64,000 nt of DNA from Gammaproteobacteria bacterium (lineage in GTDB: Bacteria; Pseudomonadota; Gammaproteobacteria; Eutrophobiales; Eutrophobiaceae), in contig CBDBPJ010000006.1 in assembly GCA_965208655.1 (NCBI GenBank), forward strand, positions 259,839 to 323,838. The letters are read 5' to 3'. The translations under genes were made by a program, and so were the position numbers. The notes under the pieces were generated by a model. The model made no database searches and was not told where the DNA came from. It was given only the letters and a program-made list of their open reading frames with translations. Shown in pieces: positions 27,980 through 37,119 of the stretch (the first letter of the stretch is position 1; every line of letters starts with the position of its first letter).

Positions 27980-28573
27980 GTGCAAAAGGCTGAAATAACG
28001 GGCATTATCCTGGCCGGTGGAGAAGCCAGACGCATGGGGGGAGGTGACAAGGGCCTGGTGGAATTACGCGGCAAACCGCTGATCGAGCACGCGCTGGCGG
28101 CGTTATCCCCGCAGGTCAACATGGTTATCATCAATGCAAACCGGAACCGGGACCGTTACGGCGTATACGGCCATCCCGTTATCGCCGACAGCAGGCAAGG
28201 CTACCAGGGTCCGCTGGCCGGCATGCTGAGTTGCCTGCAGGCAACGGAAACGGAATTCATGGTGTCCGTCCCCTGCGATTCACCGCTGCTGCCGGATGAC
28301 CTGGTAGCCCGCCTGTTCAGGCAGCTGAGCGATGATGAGGCGGACATCAGCGTTGCCCATAACGGCGACAGGGTCCAGCCGGTGTTTACGCTCATGTCCA
28401 CCTCCCTGGCGCCTTCCATGCAGGCATTCCTGGATGGGGGAGGCCGCAAGATCGACAAGTGGTTCGCTCAACACAGACTGGCGGTGACGGATTTTTCCGA
28501 CAAACCCGACTGCTTCAGGAATATCAATAAACCGGCTGAACTGGCGTGTATGGAAGCTGAGTTGGATGCCTGA
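27980..28573 (+). CDS. mobA: molybdenum cofactor guanylyltransferase MobA (GTG start)
   Basis: 197 aa: ITGIILAGGEARRMGGGDKGL...GKPLIEH is the MobA N-terminal nucleotide-binding signature. Confidence 0.85.
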   Translation: MQKAEITGIILAGGEARRMGGGDKGLVELRGKPLIEHALAALSPQVNMVIINANRNRDRYGVYGHPVIADSRQGYQGPLAGMLSCLQATETEFMVSVPCDSPLLPDDLVARLFRQLSDDEADISVAHNGDRVQPVFTLMSTSLAPSMQAFLDGGGRKIDKWFAQHRLAVTDFSDKPDCFRNINKPAELACMEAELDA

Positions 28574-29102
28574 AAACCAGACAGTCCCGCTGATCGGTTT
28601 TGCCGCCTGGAGCGGCACCGGGAAAACGACCCTGCTGGTCAACCTGCTGGGTATTTTTACTTCGCTCGAGCTGCGAGTCGGCGTCATTAAACACGCGCAC
28701 CATACGTTTGAGATTGATTACCCGGGCAAAGACAGCTACGAACTGAGAAAGGCCGGCGCCAGCCAGGTGTTGATCGGATCCAGGCAGCGCTGGGCGCTGC
28801 TGGTTGAAAACAGGGACGCCGATGACAAGCCGCTGGAATACCATGTCAGGAACCTGGACCTGGATAAACTGGACCTGATCCTGGTAGAAGGGTTCAAACC
28901 CGAGGTCATCCCCAAGATTGAGCTGCATCGCCCAAGCCTGGGTCACAATTTACTGTATCCGGAGGATGAGAGTATCATAGCGATTGCAACTGATGCCGGG
29001 TTATCCGAAGATACGGAATTACCGGTCATGAACTTGAATGACCCGCAGCAGATCGCACAGTTTATAATTGACCGTTACAATTTAACCAGGGGACAGATTT
29101 AA
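28566..29102 (+). CDS. mobB: molybdopterin-guanine dinucleotide biosynthesis adapter MobB
   Basis: 178 aa. P-loop GFAAWSGTGKTTLL, then VGVIKHAHH. Overlaps mobA by 8 nt. Confidence 0.85.
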   Translation: MPENQTVPLIGFAAWSGTGKTTLLVNLLGIFTSLELRVGVIKHAHHTFEIDYPGKDSYELRKAGASQVLIGSRQRWALLVENRDADDKPLEYHVRNLDLDKLDLILVEGFKPEVIPKIELHRPSLGHNLLYPEDESIIAIATDAGLSEDTELPVMNLNDPQQIAQFIIDRYNLTRGQI

Positions 29103-29126
29103 ATCTGTCCCCGAAACCATTCAAAC

Positions 29127-30386
29127 ATGAAGGTAGAGAAAGATCCGAGTTGCAGGGATGACTTCGACCCGAAGTCACTGTCTGCCGATGCCGCCCTGGA
29201 ACAGATAATATCCGGGGTCGACCACGTCAAAGGCATTGAAAAAATCGCTATTCGCGATGCGTTGAACCGGATCCTGGCGGAAGAGATCCTATCCGGTATC
29301 AACGTGCCTTCCGGGACCAACTCAGCCATGGACGGTTATGCGGTCAACAGCGCTGATATCCCCTCCGGTGGTACAGCCGCACTGAATGTGCTCGGTACGG
29401 CGTGGGCCGGCGAACCTTTCAACGGCAATTTAACCCCGGGGAACTGCGTCCGCATCATGACCGGGGCAATCATGCCGGACGGCGCCGATACCGTGATCAT
29501 CCAGGAAGATGTCCGGCAGGGTGATCCCGGCATAATCATCGATGGTTCCACCAGGAAAGGCGACAACGTACGCCAGGCCGGTGAAGACATCGCCGTCGGC
29601 GACCTCGTATTGAGCCGGGGCCGGCGCCTGAACCCTGCGGATATCGGCCTGATTGCTTCTCTCGGCATCGCCGAGGTCTGCGTGGTGCGCCGCTTGCGGG
29701 TGGCGTTTTTCTCAACGGGCGATGAACTGCGTTCCATCGGGGAACCCCTCGGCAACGGCGCCATATACGACAGCAACCGCTACACCTTGTACGGCATGCT
29801 GGAGAGGATGGGCGCCGATATTATCGACATGGGCGTGATAAAGGATGACCTGGACGCCCTGGAGGAGGCCTTTTCCATCGCTGCCGCCAATGCCGATGTT
29901 TTGATCACATCGGGCGGGGTTTCCGTCGGCGAGGCGGATTACATCAAGGAAATCCTGGCGAAACTGGGCAAGGTGGATTTCTGGAAAGTAGCCATCAAGC
30001 CCGGGCGCCCGCTTGCCTTCGGCCATGTTGGAGGTGCCGTCTTTTTCGGCCTGCCGGGAAATCCCGTCTCCGTCATGGTGACTTTTTACGAGTTTGTCCA
30101 GCCGGCATTGCGAAAAATGACAGGCGAGGACGATACCGGCATCCTGACCCTGAAAGCCCGTTGCGATTCCAGGTTGAAAAAGCGTCCGGGGAGAGTGGAA
30201 TACCAGCGCGGTATTTTACAGAGTGATGAGGATGGTAACCTGGTGGTCGCCAAGACCGGCGCGCAGGGCTCCGGGATCCTGCGATCCATGTCGCAGGCGA
30301 ACTGCTTTATCATCCTGCCGATTGAATCTGGCGGCGTGGAGCCGGGAACAGTCGTAGATATCCAGCCTTTTTCCGGACTGGTTTAA
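29127..30386 (+). CDS. moeA: molybdopterin molybdotransferase MoeA
   Basis: 419 aa. MoeA N-terminal domain, GGVSVGEADYIKEILAKLG (MoCF-biosynthesis domain), C-terminal beta domain. Confidence 0.85.
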   Translation: MKVEKDPSCRDDFDPKSLSADAALEQIISGVDHVKGIEKIAIRDALNRILAEEILSGINVPSGTNSAMDGYAVNSADIPSGGTAALNVLGTAWAGEPFNGNLTPGNCVRIMTGAIMPDGADTVIIQEDVRQGDPGIIIDGSTRKGDNVRQAGEDIAVGDLVLSRGRRLNPADIGLIASLGIAEVCVVRRLRVAFFSTGDELRSIGEPLGNGAIYDSNRYTLYGMLERMGADIIDMGVIKDDLDALEEAFSIAAANADVLITSGGVSVGEADYIKEILAKLGKVDFWKVAIKPGRPLAFGHVGGAVFFGLPGNPVSVMVTFYEFVQPALRKMTGEDDTGILTLKARCDSRLKKRPGRVEYQRGILQSDEDGNLVVAKTGAQGSGILRSMSQANCFIILPIESGGVEPGTVVDIQPFSGLV

Positions 30387-30387
30387 T

Positions 30388-30414
30388 CCGTCATTCCCGC
30401 ACACGCGGGAACCC
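30388..30414. repeat. REP/dRS3-like palindromic element, followed by a GC hairpin (gccgcctgcggcggc)
   Basis: ccgtcattcccgcacacgcgggaaccc has the ATTCCC-N8-GGGAAC architecture. Lies between convergent moeA and pqqB. Confidence 0.6.
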
Positions 30415-30448
30415 GGTGAAATAAATCGCCGCCTGCGGCGGCACAATT

Positions 30449-31378
30449 TTATAATTGAATATCCATCCCGTCATAGGACACCTCCCAGCCCGCAGCTTCA
30501 ACCGTCCGGCGTTCCCCGCTGTTGGCAAACAGGATCGGGTTGGTCGTGTTGATGTGGATAAAGACTTTTCTTTCAATTCCCAGGTCTTTTAATGCGGCGA
30601 GGGTGCCGTCCGCTCCGGAGACGCTGATGTGTCCCATCCTCTGCCCTGTCTTCACCCCGACGCCGTCACGGATCATCTCGTCATCCACCCACAGGGTGCC
30701 GTCGAAGAAAATCAGGTCGGCGCCGCTGATCCTCTGCGCCAGTTCCGGTGTCACCCGCGCGCAGGCCGGCATGTAGTAAAAAGACTTCCCGTTGTTGATA
30801 TTTTCAACGTAGAGGGCGATCGTGTCTTCATCCACTGAGCCGAAGTCCTTGCCCTTGCTCTCGTCCTCCAGCCACAGGGCCACCTTGCCCGGAACGGCAA
30901 AAGGCGTTATGCGTATTCCCATGGAACTGCCGCCCGGTTTCAGCAGTTCCAGGGGTTCATTCAATACCATGGCTTCCCGGCTGACGAATTTCGGGTTCAA
31001 CACGTTAAATATCGTATTGGCCTGCAGTACGCCCAGCACTCTCTGGGTTGCATAGATGCGCAGGGGTTGCGATTCACGCAGATTCAGCAGCCCCGCAACA
31101 TGGTCCACGTCGGCATTGGTCAGTACCGCGCCCATTATGGGACTGTGCCGCAGGTCTTTTTTCGGGTGCAGGATGTCATTGTCGTTGATCTGCTGGCGCA
31201 GGTCCGGTGATGCATTAAACAGGTACCAGTCCTCCCCGTCGGCGCTGATTGCGATGGACGACTGCGTCCGCTGCGGCGCCGCCGGATCATCCAGCCTGGC
31301 CCGCCTGCTGTTCGGGTGGTTACAGTTCCACTGTGGATAGCCGCCGCCTGCGGCCGCGCCCAGTACCCTTATATACAT
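30449..31378 (-). CDS. pqqB: coenzyme PQQ biosynthesis protein B (metallo-beta-lactamase fold)
   Basis: 309 aa. N-terminus MYIRVLGAAAGGGYPQWNCNHPNSRRARLD matches PqqB M.I.VLGSAAGGGFPQWNCNC.NC. Also HxHxDH-like NADVDHVAGL and C-terminal ...EVSYDGMDIQL. Confidence 0.85.
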   Translation of the reverse strand: MYIRVLGAAAGGGYPQWNCNHPNSRRARLDDPAAPQRTQSSIAISADGEDWYLFNASPDLRQQINDNDILHPKKDLRHSPIMGAVLTNADVDHVAGLLNLRESQPLRIYATQRVLGVLQANTIFNVLNPKFVSREAMVLNEPLELLKPGGSSMGIRITPFAVPGKVALWLEDESKGKDFGSVDEDTIALYVENINNGKSFYYMPACARVTPELAQRISGADLIFFDGTLWVDDEMIRDGVGVKTGQRMGHISVSGADGTLAALKDLGIERKVFIHINTTNPILFANSGERRTVEAAGWEVSYDGMDIQL

Positions 31379-31415
31379 ATTGTAAACTCCTCCTGATATT
31401 CTGGTCTGATGGTCA

Positions 31416-31516
31416 CAGGTCAGATCAGGTTTTCAGGGCACGCTGTGAATACATCCTTGTACGCTTACCATCCGCTGTCCCTGCGGATGATAGCCCTGAA
31501 AACCTGATCTGACCTG
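31416..31516. repeat. Structured intergenic element: perfect 24-bp inverted repeat enclosing the same conserved core as 13664-13834 (copy 2 of 2)
   Basis: IR caggtcagatcaggttttcagggc pairs with gccctgaaaacctgatctgacctg. The core acgctgtgaatacatccttgtacgc-ttaccatccgctgtccctgcggatgatag is conserved. The arm sequence is unrelated to copy 1 but still perfectly self-complementary. Lies downstream of moaE and upstream of pqqB. Confidence 0.55.
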
Positions 31517-31551
31517 TACGGACATTACCTGACATTAAATCTGCCGATTTT

Positions 31552-31998
31552 TTATTTTGGTGAATACCCCGTGGTATTTTGCTCCACCCAGCGTTCCCCG
31601 TGTTTGACCGTTTCTTTTTTCCAGAACGGCGCCCTGTGTTTCAAGTCCTCGATGATGAACCGGGTCGCGTCCATGGCGTCGCCGCGATGGGCCGCCCAGG
31701 TCGCGATCAGCACGATGTCATCGCCAATTTCTATGTCGCCGGTGCGGTGCAGGACCAGGACATCCAGTATCGGCCATTGCTGCCTTGCCTGGTCGCAGAT
31801 TTCCTGCAGGTGCTTTTGGGTCATGCCCGGATAATGCTCCAGGGTCATGCTGCGGACTTCCTCGCCTTCGTTGAAATCGCGCATCGTGCCGATAAATATA
31901 CAACTGGCGCCGATTTTTCCCGGGTTGCCGGGCAATGCCTGGTAGTCTTTCACCTCCGCCAGGGCATCGAAAGGCGTCGGCCTCAATTCTATCCGCAT
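31552..31998 (-). CDS. moaE: molybdopterin synthase catalytic subunit MoaE
   Basis: 148 aa: CIFIGTMRDFNEGEEV...EHYPGMTQKHL...IATWAAHRGDAMDATRFIIEDLKHRAPFWKKE are canonical MoaE blocks. Confidence 0.85.
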   Translation of the reverse strand: MRIELRPTPFDALAEVKDYQALPGNPGKIGASCIFIGTMRDFNEGEEVRSMTLEHYPGMTQKHLQEICDQARQQWPILDVLVLHRTGDIEIGDDIVLIATWAAHRGDAMDATRFIIEDLKHRAPFWKKETVKHGERWVEQNTTGYSPK

Positions 31999-32008
31999 GA
32001 CGGCCGGT

Positions 32009-32242
32009 TCAACCCCCGGTTACGGGCGGGAAAAAAGCGACCTCGTCTCCCTCCCTGAGTTCCGGGTCACCTTTAACGTGTTCCATGTTGACGGCTACGA
32101 GTAACGAGTCCGGCATCGCAGCACCGCCCGAAGTTGTCTGCCAGACATCCGAAACCTTCAGGCCGGGCCTGAATTCCACCTGGTCTTCCGCGCGCCCCAT
32201 TTGCTCTCGGATACGGGCGAAAAATTTTACTTTTATCAACAT
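32009..32242 (-). CDS. moaD: molybdopterin synthase sulfur-carrier subunit MoaD
   Basis: 77 aa, ubiquitin-like, C-terminal ...FFPPVTGG* (Gly-Gly). Located 10 nt upstream of moaE. Confidence 0.8.
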   Translation of the reverse strand: MLIKVKFFARIREQMGRAEDQVEFRPGLKVSDVWQTTSGGAAMPDSLLVAVNMEHVKGDPELREGDEVAFFPPVTGG

Positions 32243-32340
32243 CGTATTCTGTCTTGCTTATCAACCTGTCCGGTTCTGGGGTATATTATAGGAGAATTGC
32301 AGGCATGCCTGTAGGCATTTTATGAAAACGGTTTGAGTAT

Positions 32341-32814
32341 ATGTCCAAATTGACACATTTCAATGAAACCGGAGAAGCGCATATGGTCGACGTCTCCGCC
32401 AAGGATGCGACCCACCGCATCGCCGTGGCTGAAGGCACGATCAGGATGCAGGACAGAACGCTGGCCCTGATCATGGACGGTGGACATAAGAAAGGAGACG
32501 TGCTGGGAATCGCCCGGGTAGCAGGCATCATGGCGGCAAAAAAAACCGCGGAACTCATCCCGTTGTGCCATCCCCTGTCCATCAGCCATATCGATATCGC
32601 GCTGGACCCCAGACCCGGCGAAAGTGCGGTTTACTGCCAGGCGCGGGTCGAGACCATCGGCCCCACGGGAGTCGAAATGGAGGCGTTGAACGCGGTCCAG
32701 GTCACCCTGCTGACGATCTATGACATGTGCAAGGCCGCCGACCGGGGTATGAGCATCGAGACGGTCCGGCTTGTGAAAAAATCAGGGGGGAAATCCGGCG
32801 AGTGGACCAGGTAA
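32341..32814 (+). CDS. moaC: cyclic pyranopterin monophosphate synthase MoaC
   Basis: 157 aa. [28 protein letters not shown]...[30 protein letters not shown]...[21 protein letters not shown] is near-identical to MoaC consensus blocks. Confidence 0.9.
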   Translation: MSKLTHFNETGEAHMVDVSAKDATHRIAVAEGTIRMQDRTLALIMDGGHKKGDVLGIARVAGIMAAKKTAELIPLCHPLSISHIDIALDPRPGESAVYCQARVETIGPTGVEMEALNAVQVTLLTIYDMCKAADRGMSIETVRLVKKSGGKSGEWTR

Positions 32815-32818
32815 GATT

Positions 32819-32845
32819 CCGTCATTCCTGCGCAAGCAGGAATCC
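32819..32845. repeat. REP/dRS3-like palindromic element
   Basis: ccgtcattcctgcgcaagcaggaatcc (ATTCCT-N8-AGGAAT), immediately after the moaC stop. Confidence 0.6.
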
Positions 32846-32902
32846 AGGATATATGGGATCAGGGTAAAATTTCATTATGAACATTACTCTGACCCCTTAA
32901 CT

Positions 32903-35092
32903 TCATGTAGTCAAACGACGGTAGATGTCAGACACTTTATAAGGCAGTTTGCGCACGTCATCGATCACCGTGTAGTTGGCGCTGCCGTACATGTAGGGCA
33001 GGTATTCCCTCGCTTCTTTGTCGATGGTGATACAAAAAGGATAGATACCGTCTGCGCGGACTTCCGCGATGGCCTGGCGGGTGTCTTCCATGCCGTAACG
33101 CCCCCGGTAGCCGCCGTAATCCTCGGGTTTGCCGTCAGACAGGGTAATCAGCAACCTGGACCTGGCCTTCAGCGCCTGCAAGTGTTTTCCCAGGTGGCGT
33201 ATCGCTACGCCCATACGTGTATAGGTCCTGGGCCTGATGCCACTGATCCGGGCCCGTACCAGCGCCGTGAAGGCATCCTCAAACTTCTTGATCCTGTAGA
33301 TTTCACAACGTTTGTGCGTCCTGCCGGAAAATCCATAGATGGCGTAAGGGTCGGACAACATCTCCAGGGCCTCACAGAGTAACACCAGCGCTTCTCTTTC
33401 CACCAGGTTGACCCAGCCCCGGGTGGAACCGCTCATGTCCACCATGAACATCACCGCCACGTCGCGCCGGCTCCTGTGGAAACAACTGTACAGGTTCTCG
33501 CGCATCTCCAGGCCCTGCCGATGATCGACACTGGCCTCCACCAGGGTGTCAAAATCGATCTCGTCGCCAAAGGTCTGGCGCTTGCGCTGTTCATAACCCT
33601 CGGCCATTGTCTCGAACGAACGGCGCACCGAGCTTAGATGAAAGCGGTATTTTTCCAGTGTCGCGGCGAAAAAATTATCATCGGCGGGGACAACATCAAC
33701 TTCCGTCAGGGCGCAGAAATCATTACGGTAGCGCTGCCTGGTGTAATCCCATTCCGGGTAATACACCGGATTTTGCAGGTCGTAGCCCGCGGCGGCCTTG
33801 ACGGCCTCACCCGGGCCGGTCTCCGTATCCGAATCCGGAAAACCGGAATAACCGCCACTGACCTGCAGGTAGTCTTCCGGCAACCGGCCCAGGTCCTGTA
33901 CGATAGACACAAGCAACTGTTTTACCTCGTCATCGGCAACAGTTTCCTGGTTCCCGAAAAGCAGTGTCACGGCGCCGGCCCCCTGGTTTGCGCTGTTAAA
34001 GGCAAACCCGGGCTCGACCCCGGATAGCGTCCAGTGCGTACTGTCCGGCGCGGTCGCGCCGGCAATTACCGGAGCCGGCTGTTCCCGTCCGAGCCGCGCC
34101 AGCGACTGCTGCAATTTGTGTTTCTCCTGTTTCACCCGTTCCCGCAGCTTCTCCAGGACCGTGTCCGGGAAGTATTCGCCATGGTAACCCTTGCGCGCCG
34201 GCAGCGATTTGCCCAGGTTGCTGCCGATTCTGTCCATGCTGTCCATGGGACCGGCGCCGGCCTGCAGTAGCAGGCGGTTGTCATCAGACCAGGCCAGGTA
34301 ACGCGCCCTGTTGTCTGCATCCAGGTTATCAAGGCGTCGCAGCTCCCGCTGCAGCCCCGGAAAATCCAGGGCCAGGCGCGCCTCCAGACGCAGGCTCTCC
34401 AGGGTCGCAAAAACAGGCAGGGCACGGGCCGGATCGGGTAACTGCAGCAGGCGTTCCAACGCATCCAGACGCCAGCCGCCGTAGCGATTCTGCGCCCAGT
34501 GATACACGGCGATCAGCTTGTACAGGGTTTCATTGTCACTGCGTCTGTCGAATATATTCAAAAAAGCCGGCAGGTAAATCGACTCCGTATCGGTAAATAC
34601 GTTCCTTCCGTTCGTGACGCGCAGGGGCCGGCCACCCAGACCGGTTAAATACTTCTCCAGAAATGGTTCAAGTTCTTCCAGGTCCGCTCCGGACTGCCGG
34701 GCGCGGTAATCTTGCGCGAATGCGTCCAGGTTTGCTATGACCTCAATGGCAGCGCCCAGGCCGGACTTGTCATAGCGGTCCAGGATTGCAGTCATCCAGG
34801 CGTCAACGCCTGCTATTTCCAGGAGAGTTAATGCCCGGCCAAGCCGGCCTGAAAAATGCGCTTGCAGGTCGGGATGATCCCGCTGCAGGATCTGTAACCA
34901 GTGATCTATGTGACGCTGTGCTGCCGGGTCAAGTTCCGGCAGCGGCCGGTCCGGTTCCTCTCCGTATGCTCCCCGGGACAGACCGCCTCCCACTGCGCGC
35001 CGCAAATGCGCGGGAATCTGCACTCTCTCCCGGGCCTGCTCAGTGGCGGGTGGTGGCGTCGAATCGTCCATTAACGGCACACGATCCGGCAC
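32903..35092 (-). CDS. CbbO/NorD-family protein with C-terminal von Willebrand factor A domain
   Basis: 729 aa. Long alpha-helical N-terminal region and C-terminal VWA with MIDAS DxSxS (VAVMFMVDMSGSTRG) ...TLSDGKPEDY... The architecture and the pairing with the upstream CbbQ/NorQ ATPase are diagnostic. Confidence 0.75.
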   Translation of the reverse strand: MPDRVPLMDDSTPPPATEQARERVQIPAHLRRAVGGGLSRGAYGEEPDRPLPELDPAAQRHIDHWLQILQRDHPDLQAHFSGRLGRALTLLEIAGVDAWMTAILDRYDKSGLGAAIEVIANLDAFAQDYRARQSGADLEELEPFLEKYLTGLGGRPLRVTNGRNVFTDTESIYLPAFLNIFDRRSDNETLYKLIAVYHWAQNRYGGWRLDALERLLQLPDPARALPVFATLESLRLEARLALDFPGLQRELRRLDNLDADNRARYLAWSDDNRLLLQAGAGPMDSMDRIGSNLGKSLPARKGYHGEYFPDTVLEKLRERVKQEKHKLQQSLARLGREQPAPVIAGATAPDSTHWTLSGVEPGFAFNSANQGAGAVTLLFGNQETVADDEVKQLLVSIVQDLGRLPEDYLQVSGGYSGFPDSDTETGPGEAVKAAAGYDLQNPVYYPEWDYTRQRYRNDFCALTEVDVVPADDNFFAATLEKYRFHLSSVRRSFETMAEGYEQRKRQTFGDEIDFDTLVEASVDHRQGLEMRENLYSCFHRSRRDVAVMFMVDMSGSTRGWVNLVEREALVLLCEALEMLSDPYAIYGFSGRTHKRCEIYRIKKFEDAFTALVRARISGIRPRTYTRMGVAIRHLGKHLQALKARSRLLITLSDGKPEDYGGYRGRYGMEDTRQAIAEVRADGIYPFCITIDKEAREYLPYMYGSANYTVIDDVRKLPYKVSDIYRRLTT

Positions 35093-35102
35093 AGGGGATG
35101 GG

Positions 35103-35915
35103 CTAGAGCACCGAGGCGCAAAGTTCCCTGACCGTCTTCAGTATTTCTTCATCGTCGGTGAGGGCCTGGCTCACCGCGGTCTCACAGGCTTGCCGGGGAG
35201 CAATGCCATGCCGGATCAACCTGGCCGCGTTCACTATTAACCTGGTGCTGGCGCCTTCGGTCAGTCCATTGCCTTTAAGGTTCCGGGTCATGCCGGCAAA
35301 CCTGACCAGCATTGTGCCTGTTGCCGCACTGACGCCCGTTTCATTCACCAGGATTTCCACTTCCCGGTCGGGCTGAGGGTAAGAAAATTCCAGCGCTACA
35401 AACCGTTGCCGCGTGCTATGTTTCAAGTCCTTGAGAACGCTCTGGTAACCGGGGTTGTAGGAAATGGCCAAACAAAACTCCGGCGGCGCTTCCAGCAATT
35501 CACCCAGTTTTTCTATGGGCAGGAGACGCCGGTCGTCACACAAGGGATGGATTACCACCGTCGTGTCCTTTCTGGCTTCAACGATTTCGTCCAGGTAACA
35601 GATCGCGCCGTTACGCACCGCCCGCGTCAGCGGTCCATCGACCCAGACAGTCTGCCCACCCTTGATCAGGTAGCGCCCTACCAGGTCGGAAGCGGACAAA
35701 TCATCATGGCAGGATACCGTGACCACGGGCCGGTCCAGACGCCAGCTCATGTATTCCATGAAGCGGGTTTTGCCGCAACCGGTGGGACCCTTGAGCAAAA
35801 CAGGCAGGCCGTTACCGGCGGCTGCCTCAAATATACCTATCTCGTTGCCGGCGGGTTCATAATAAGGCTCCTGCCGGATGGCATATTCTTCAATCCTGAC
35901 AGGGTTGGCGCTCAT
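35103..35915 (-). CDS. CbbQ/NorQ/GvpN-family AAA+ ATPase (MoxR class)
   Basis: 270 aa. Walker A LLKGPTGCGKTRFMEYMS, Walker B AICYLDEIVEARKD, sensor motifs. The 267-270 aa size is typical of CbbQ/NorQ. Confidence 0.8.
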   Translation of the reverse strand: MSANPVRIEEYAIRQEPYYEPAGNEIGIFEAAAGNGLPVLLKGPTGCGKTRFMEYMSWRLDRPVVTVSCHDDLSASDLVGRYLIKGGQTVWVDGPLTRAVRNGAICYLDEIVEARKDTTVVIHPLCDDRRLLPIEKLGELLEAPPEFCLAISYNPGYQSVLKDLKHSTRQRFVALEFSYPQPDREVEILVNETGVSAATGTMLVRFAGMTRNLKGNGLTEGASTRLIVNAARLIRHGIAPRQACETAVSQALTDDEEILKTVRELCASVL

Positions 35916-36310
35916 CAGCCATACTTGATGTACTTGAATCTCTGGTCGTCCGGCGTGCCGTCCAGGGCGCTGTCTTCATCCGCGCCCGGTTGCCACATGA
36001 CCACGTCCTCTATCTTCTTTGCCAGTTCGAAATCCTTGTCGGTGACTCCTTTTGCCGCGTGGTTCATCAGTTTGACGATGACAAAAGCATAGCTGGCGGT
36101 CAGGTCGGGGTGATGCCAGCCCGCTTCGGCCAGGTGGCCGACCGTGTTGATCACCATCAACGTGCCTTTCCAGCCGCTGGTCTTGTAGCGGCGGCGGATC
36201 CAGCCATCCTCGTAATACCAGTTCGGCAACTCGTCCTTCAGTCGTTGTTCAATCTCGTCCACCTCGTAGGTGTCATCTTTCGTTTCTTTGCGCCACTTTG
36301 CCATAATCAT
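35915..36310 (-). CDS. pterin-4a-carbinolamine dehydratase (PCD/DCoH) family protein
   Basis: 131 aa. Canonical PCD signature E-x3-HHP-x5-Y-x9-H-...-D is present as EAGWHHPDLTASYAFVIVKLMNHAAKGVTDKD. About 35 aa N-terminal extension. Confidence 0.7.
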   Translation of the reverse strand: MIMAKWRKETKDDTYEVDEIEQRLKDELPNWYYEDGWIRRRYKTSGWKGTLMVINTVGHLAEAGWHHPDLTASYAFVIVKLMNHAAKGVTDKDFELAKKIEDVVMWQPGADEDSALDGTPDDQRFKYIKYG

Positions 36311-36390
36311 TCCTCACGATGGAATTGTCACAAACAGTTTTTCACTCGAAGATTATACCAAATAGCAGGCTCTGCGGCTGATAGTCCTTA

Positions 36391-37107
36391 TCAGCCCTTC
36401 CCCACTCTCCCCAATCCATCGCTATAAGTTCTCTCGGGAATCAGGTTTCTTATCTCAATAACTTTCTCCCTGTCAATCTCCCTGGTGCGTTTGTGTTGTT
36501 TACATAGCGCGCCGCGGAACCCCAGGTAATCCGGGTTGATGCGCAGCAATGGCGGGATGTCTTCCCTGGTGAGCGAGCCGGCCAGGCCGGTAATAAGCCC
36601 TGCCCGCTTGGCTTTGCCGGTAAATCCCGCCAATGTTTCGTCTGCCATTTTCTCTCTGAGGTTCCCGCTTGCCTTGTCGCAGGTATCCAGCATCACGCCC
36701 ATAATGTCTGTGTGCTTCAACTTCTCGAAATCAACCTCGACAGGGGAGAATTCGGCAAAGAAAACCAGGACAATGCGGATTTTCCTGTCCGTAATCCTGT
36801 CGAGAGCAGACAATGCGAAGGGTGACAGGGATTTATCAAACACACCCACCTTGACGATATCCACCCCGCAGGCGTGCATCCCGACCACGGCGCTTTCCAG
36901 ATCAGCGGCATAGGCCGGGAGGTCGCCGATGGTTGCGCTGATCGTGACCCTGTTACCGGACAGGCCCGTAATCGAGCGTACCTTGTCCTCATCCAGCGCG
37001 CCCAGCGCGCCCCGGTTCGGGTCTTTCAAATCTATTATGTCCGCCCCCATGGAGCGGACCAGTCGCGCCTCATCGGCAGATGATACGCTGGCAAGAAATC
37101 CTGTCAT
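36391..37107 (-). CDS. mfnB: (5-formylfuran-3-yl)methyl phosphate synthase MfnB-like (DUF556), methanofuran/methylofuran biosynthesis
   Basis: 238 aa. Block-wise similarity to archaeal MfnB: GADIIDLKDPNRGALGA, ATIGDLPAY, DIVKVGVF, MLDTCDKASGNL, LAGSL..EDIP, DYLGFRGALC. Confidence 0.65.
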   Translation of the reverse strand: MTGFLASVSSADEARLVRSMGADIIDLKDPNRGALGALDEDKVRSITGLSGNRVTISATIGDLPAYAADLESAVVGMHACGVDIVKVGVFDKSLSPFALSALDRITDRKIRIVLVFFAEFSPVEVDFEKLKHTDIMGVMLDTCDKASGNLREKMADETLAGFTGKAKRAGLITGLAGSLTREDIPPLLRINPDYLGFRGALCKQHKRTREIDREKVIEIRNLIPERTYSDGLGRVGKG

Positions 37108-37119
37108 GGTATGTTCATC

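Noticed and set aside
31579-32058. 159-aa plus-strand ORF
   Set aside because: Antisense to moaE/moaD, whose products match MoaE/MoaD motif by motif.
32903-35915. Considered calling the AAA+/VWA pair an anti-phage or defence module
   Set aside because: The ATPase has the compact 270-aa CbbQ/NorQ layout and the partner the long helical N-terminus plus C-terminal VWA of CbbO/NorD. The neighbours are cofactor-biosynthesis genes rather than nucleases or mobile-element markers.
35406-36092. 228-aa plus-strand ORF
   Set aside because: Antisense to the CbbQ/NorQ ATPase gene and PCD gene.
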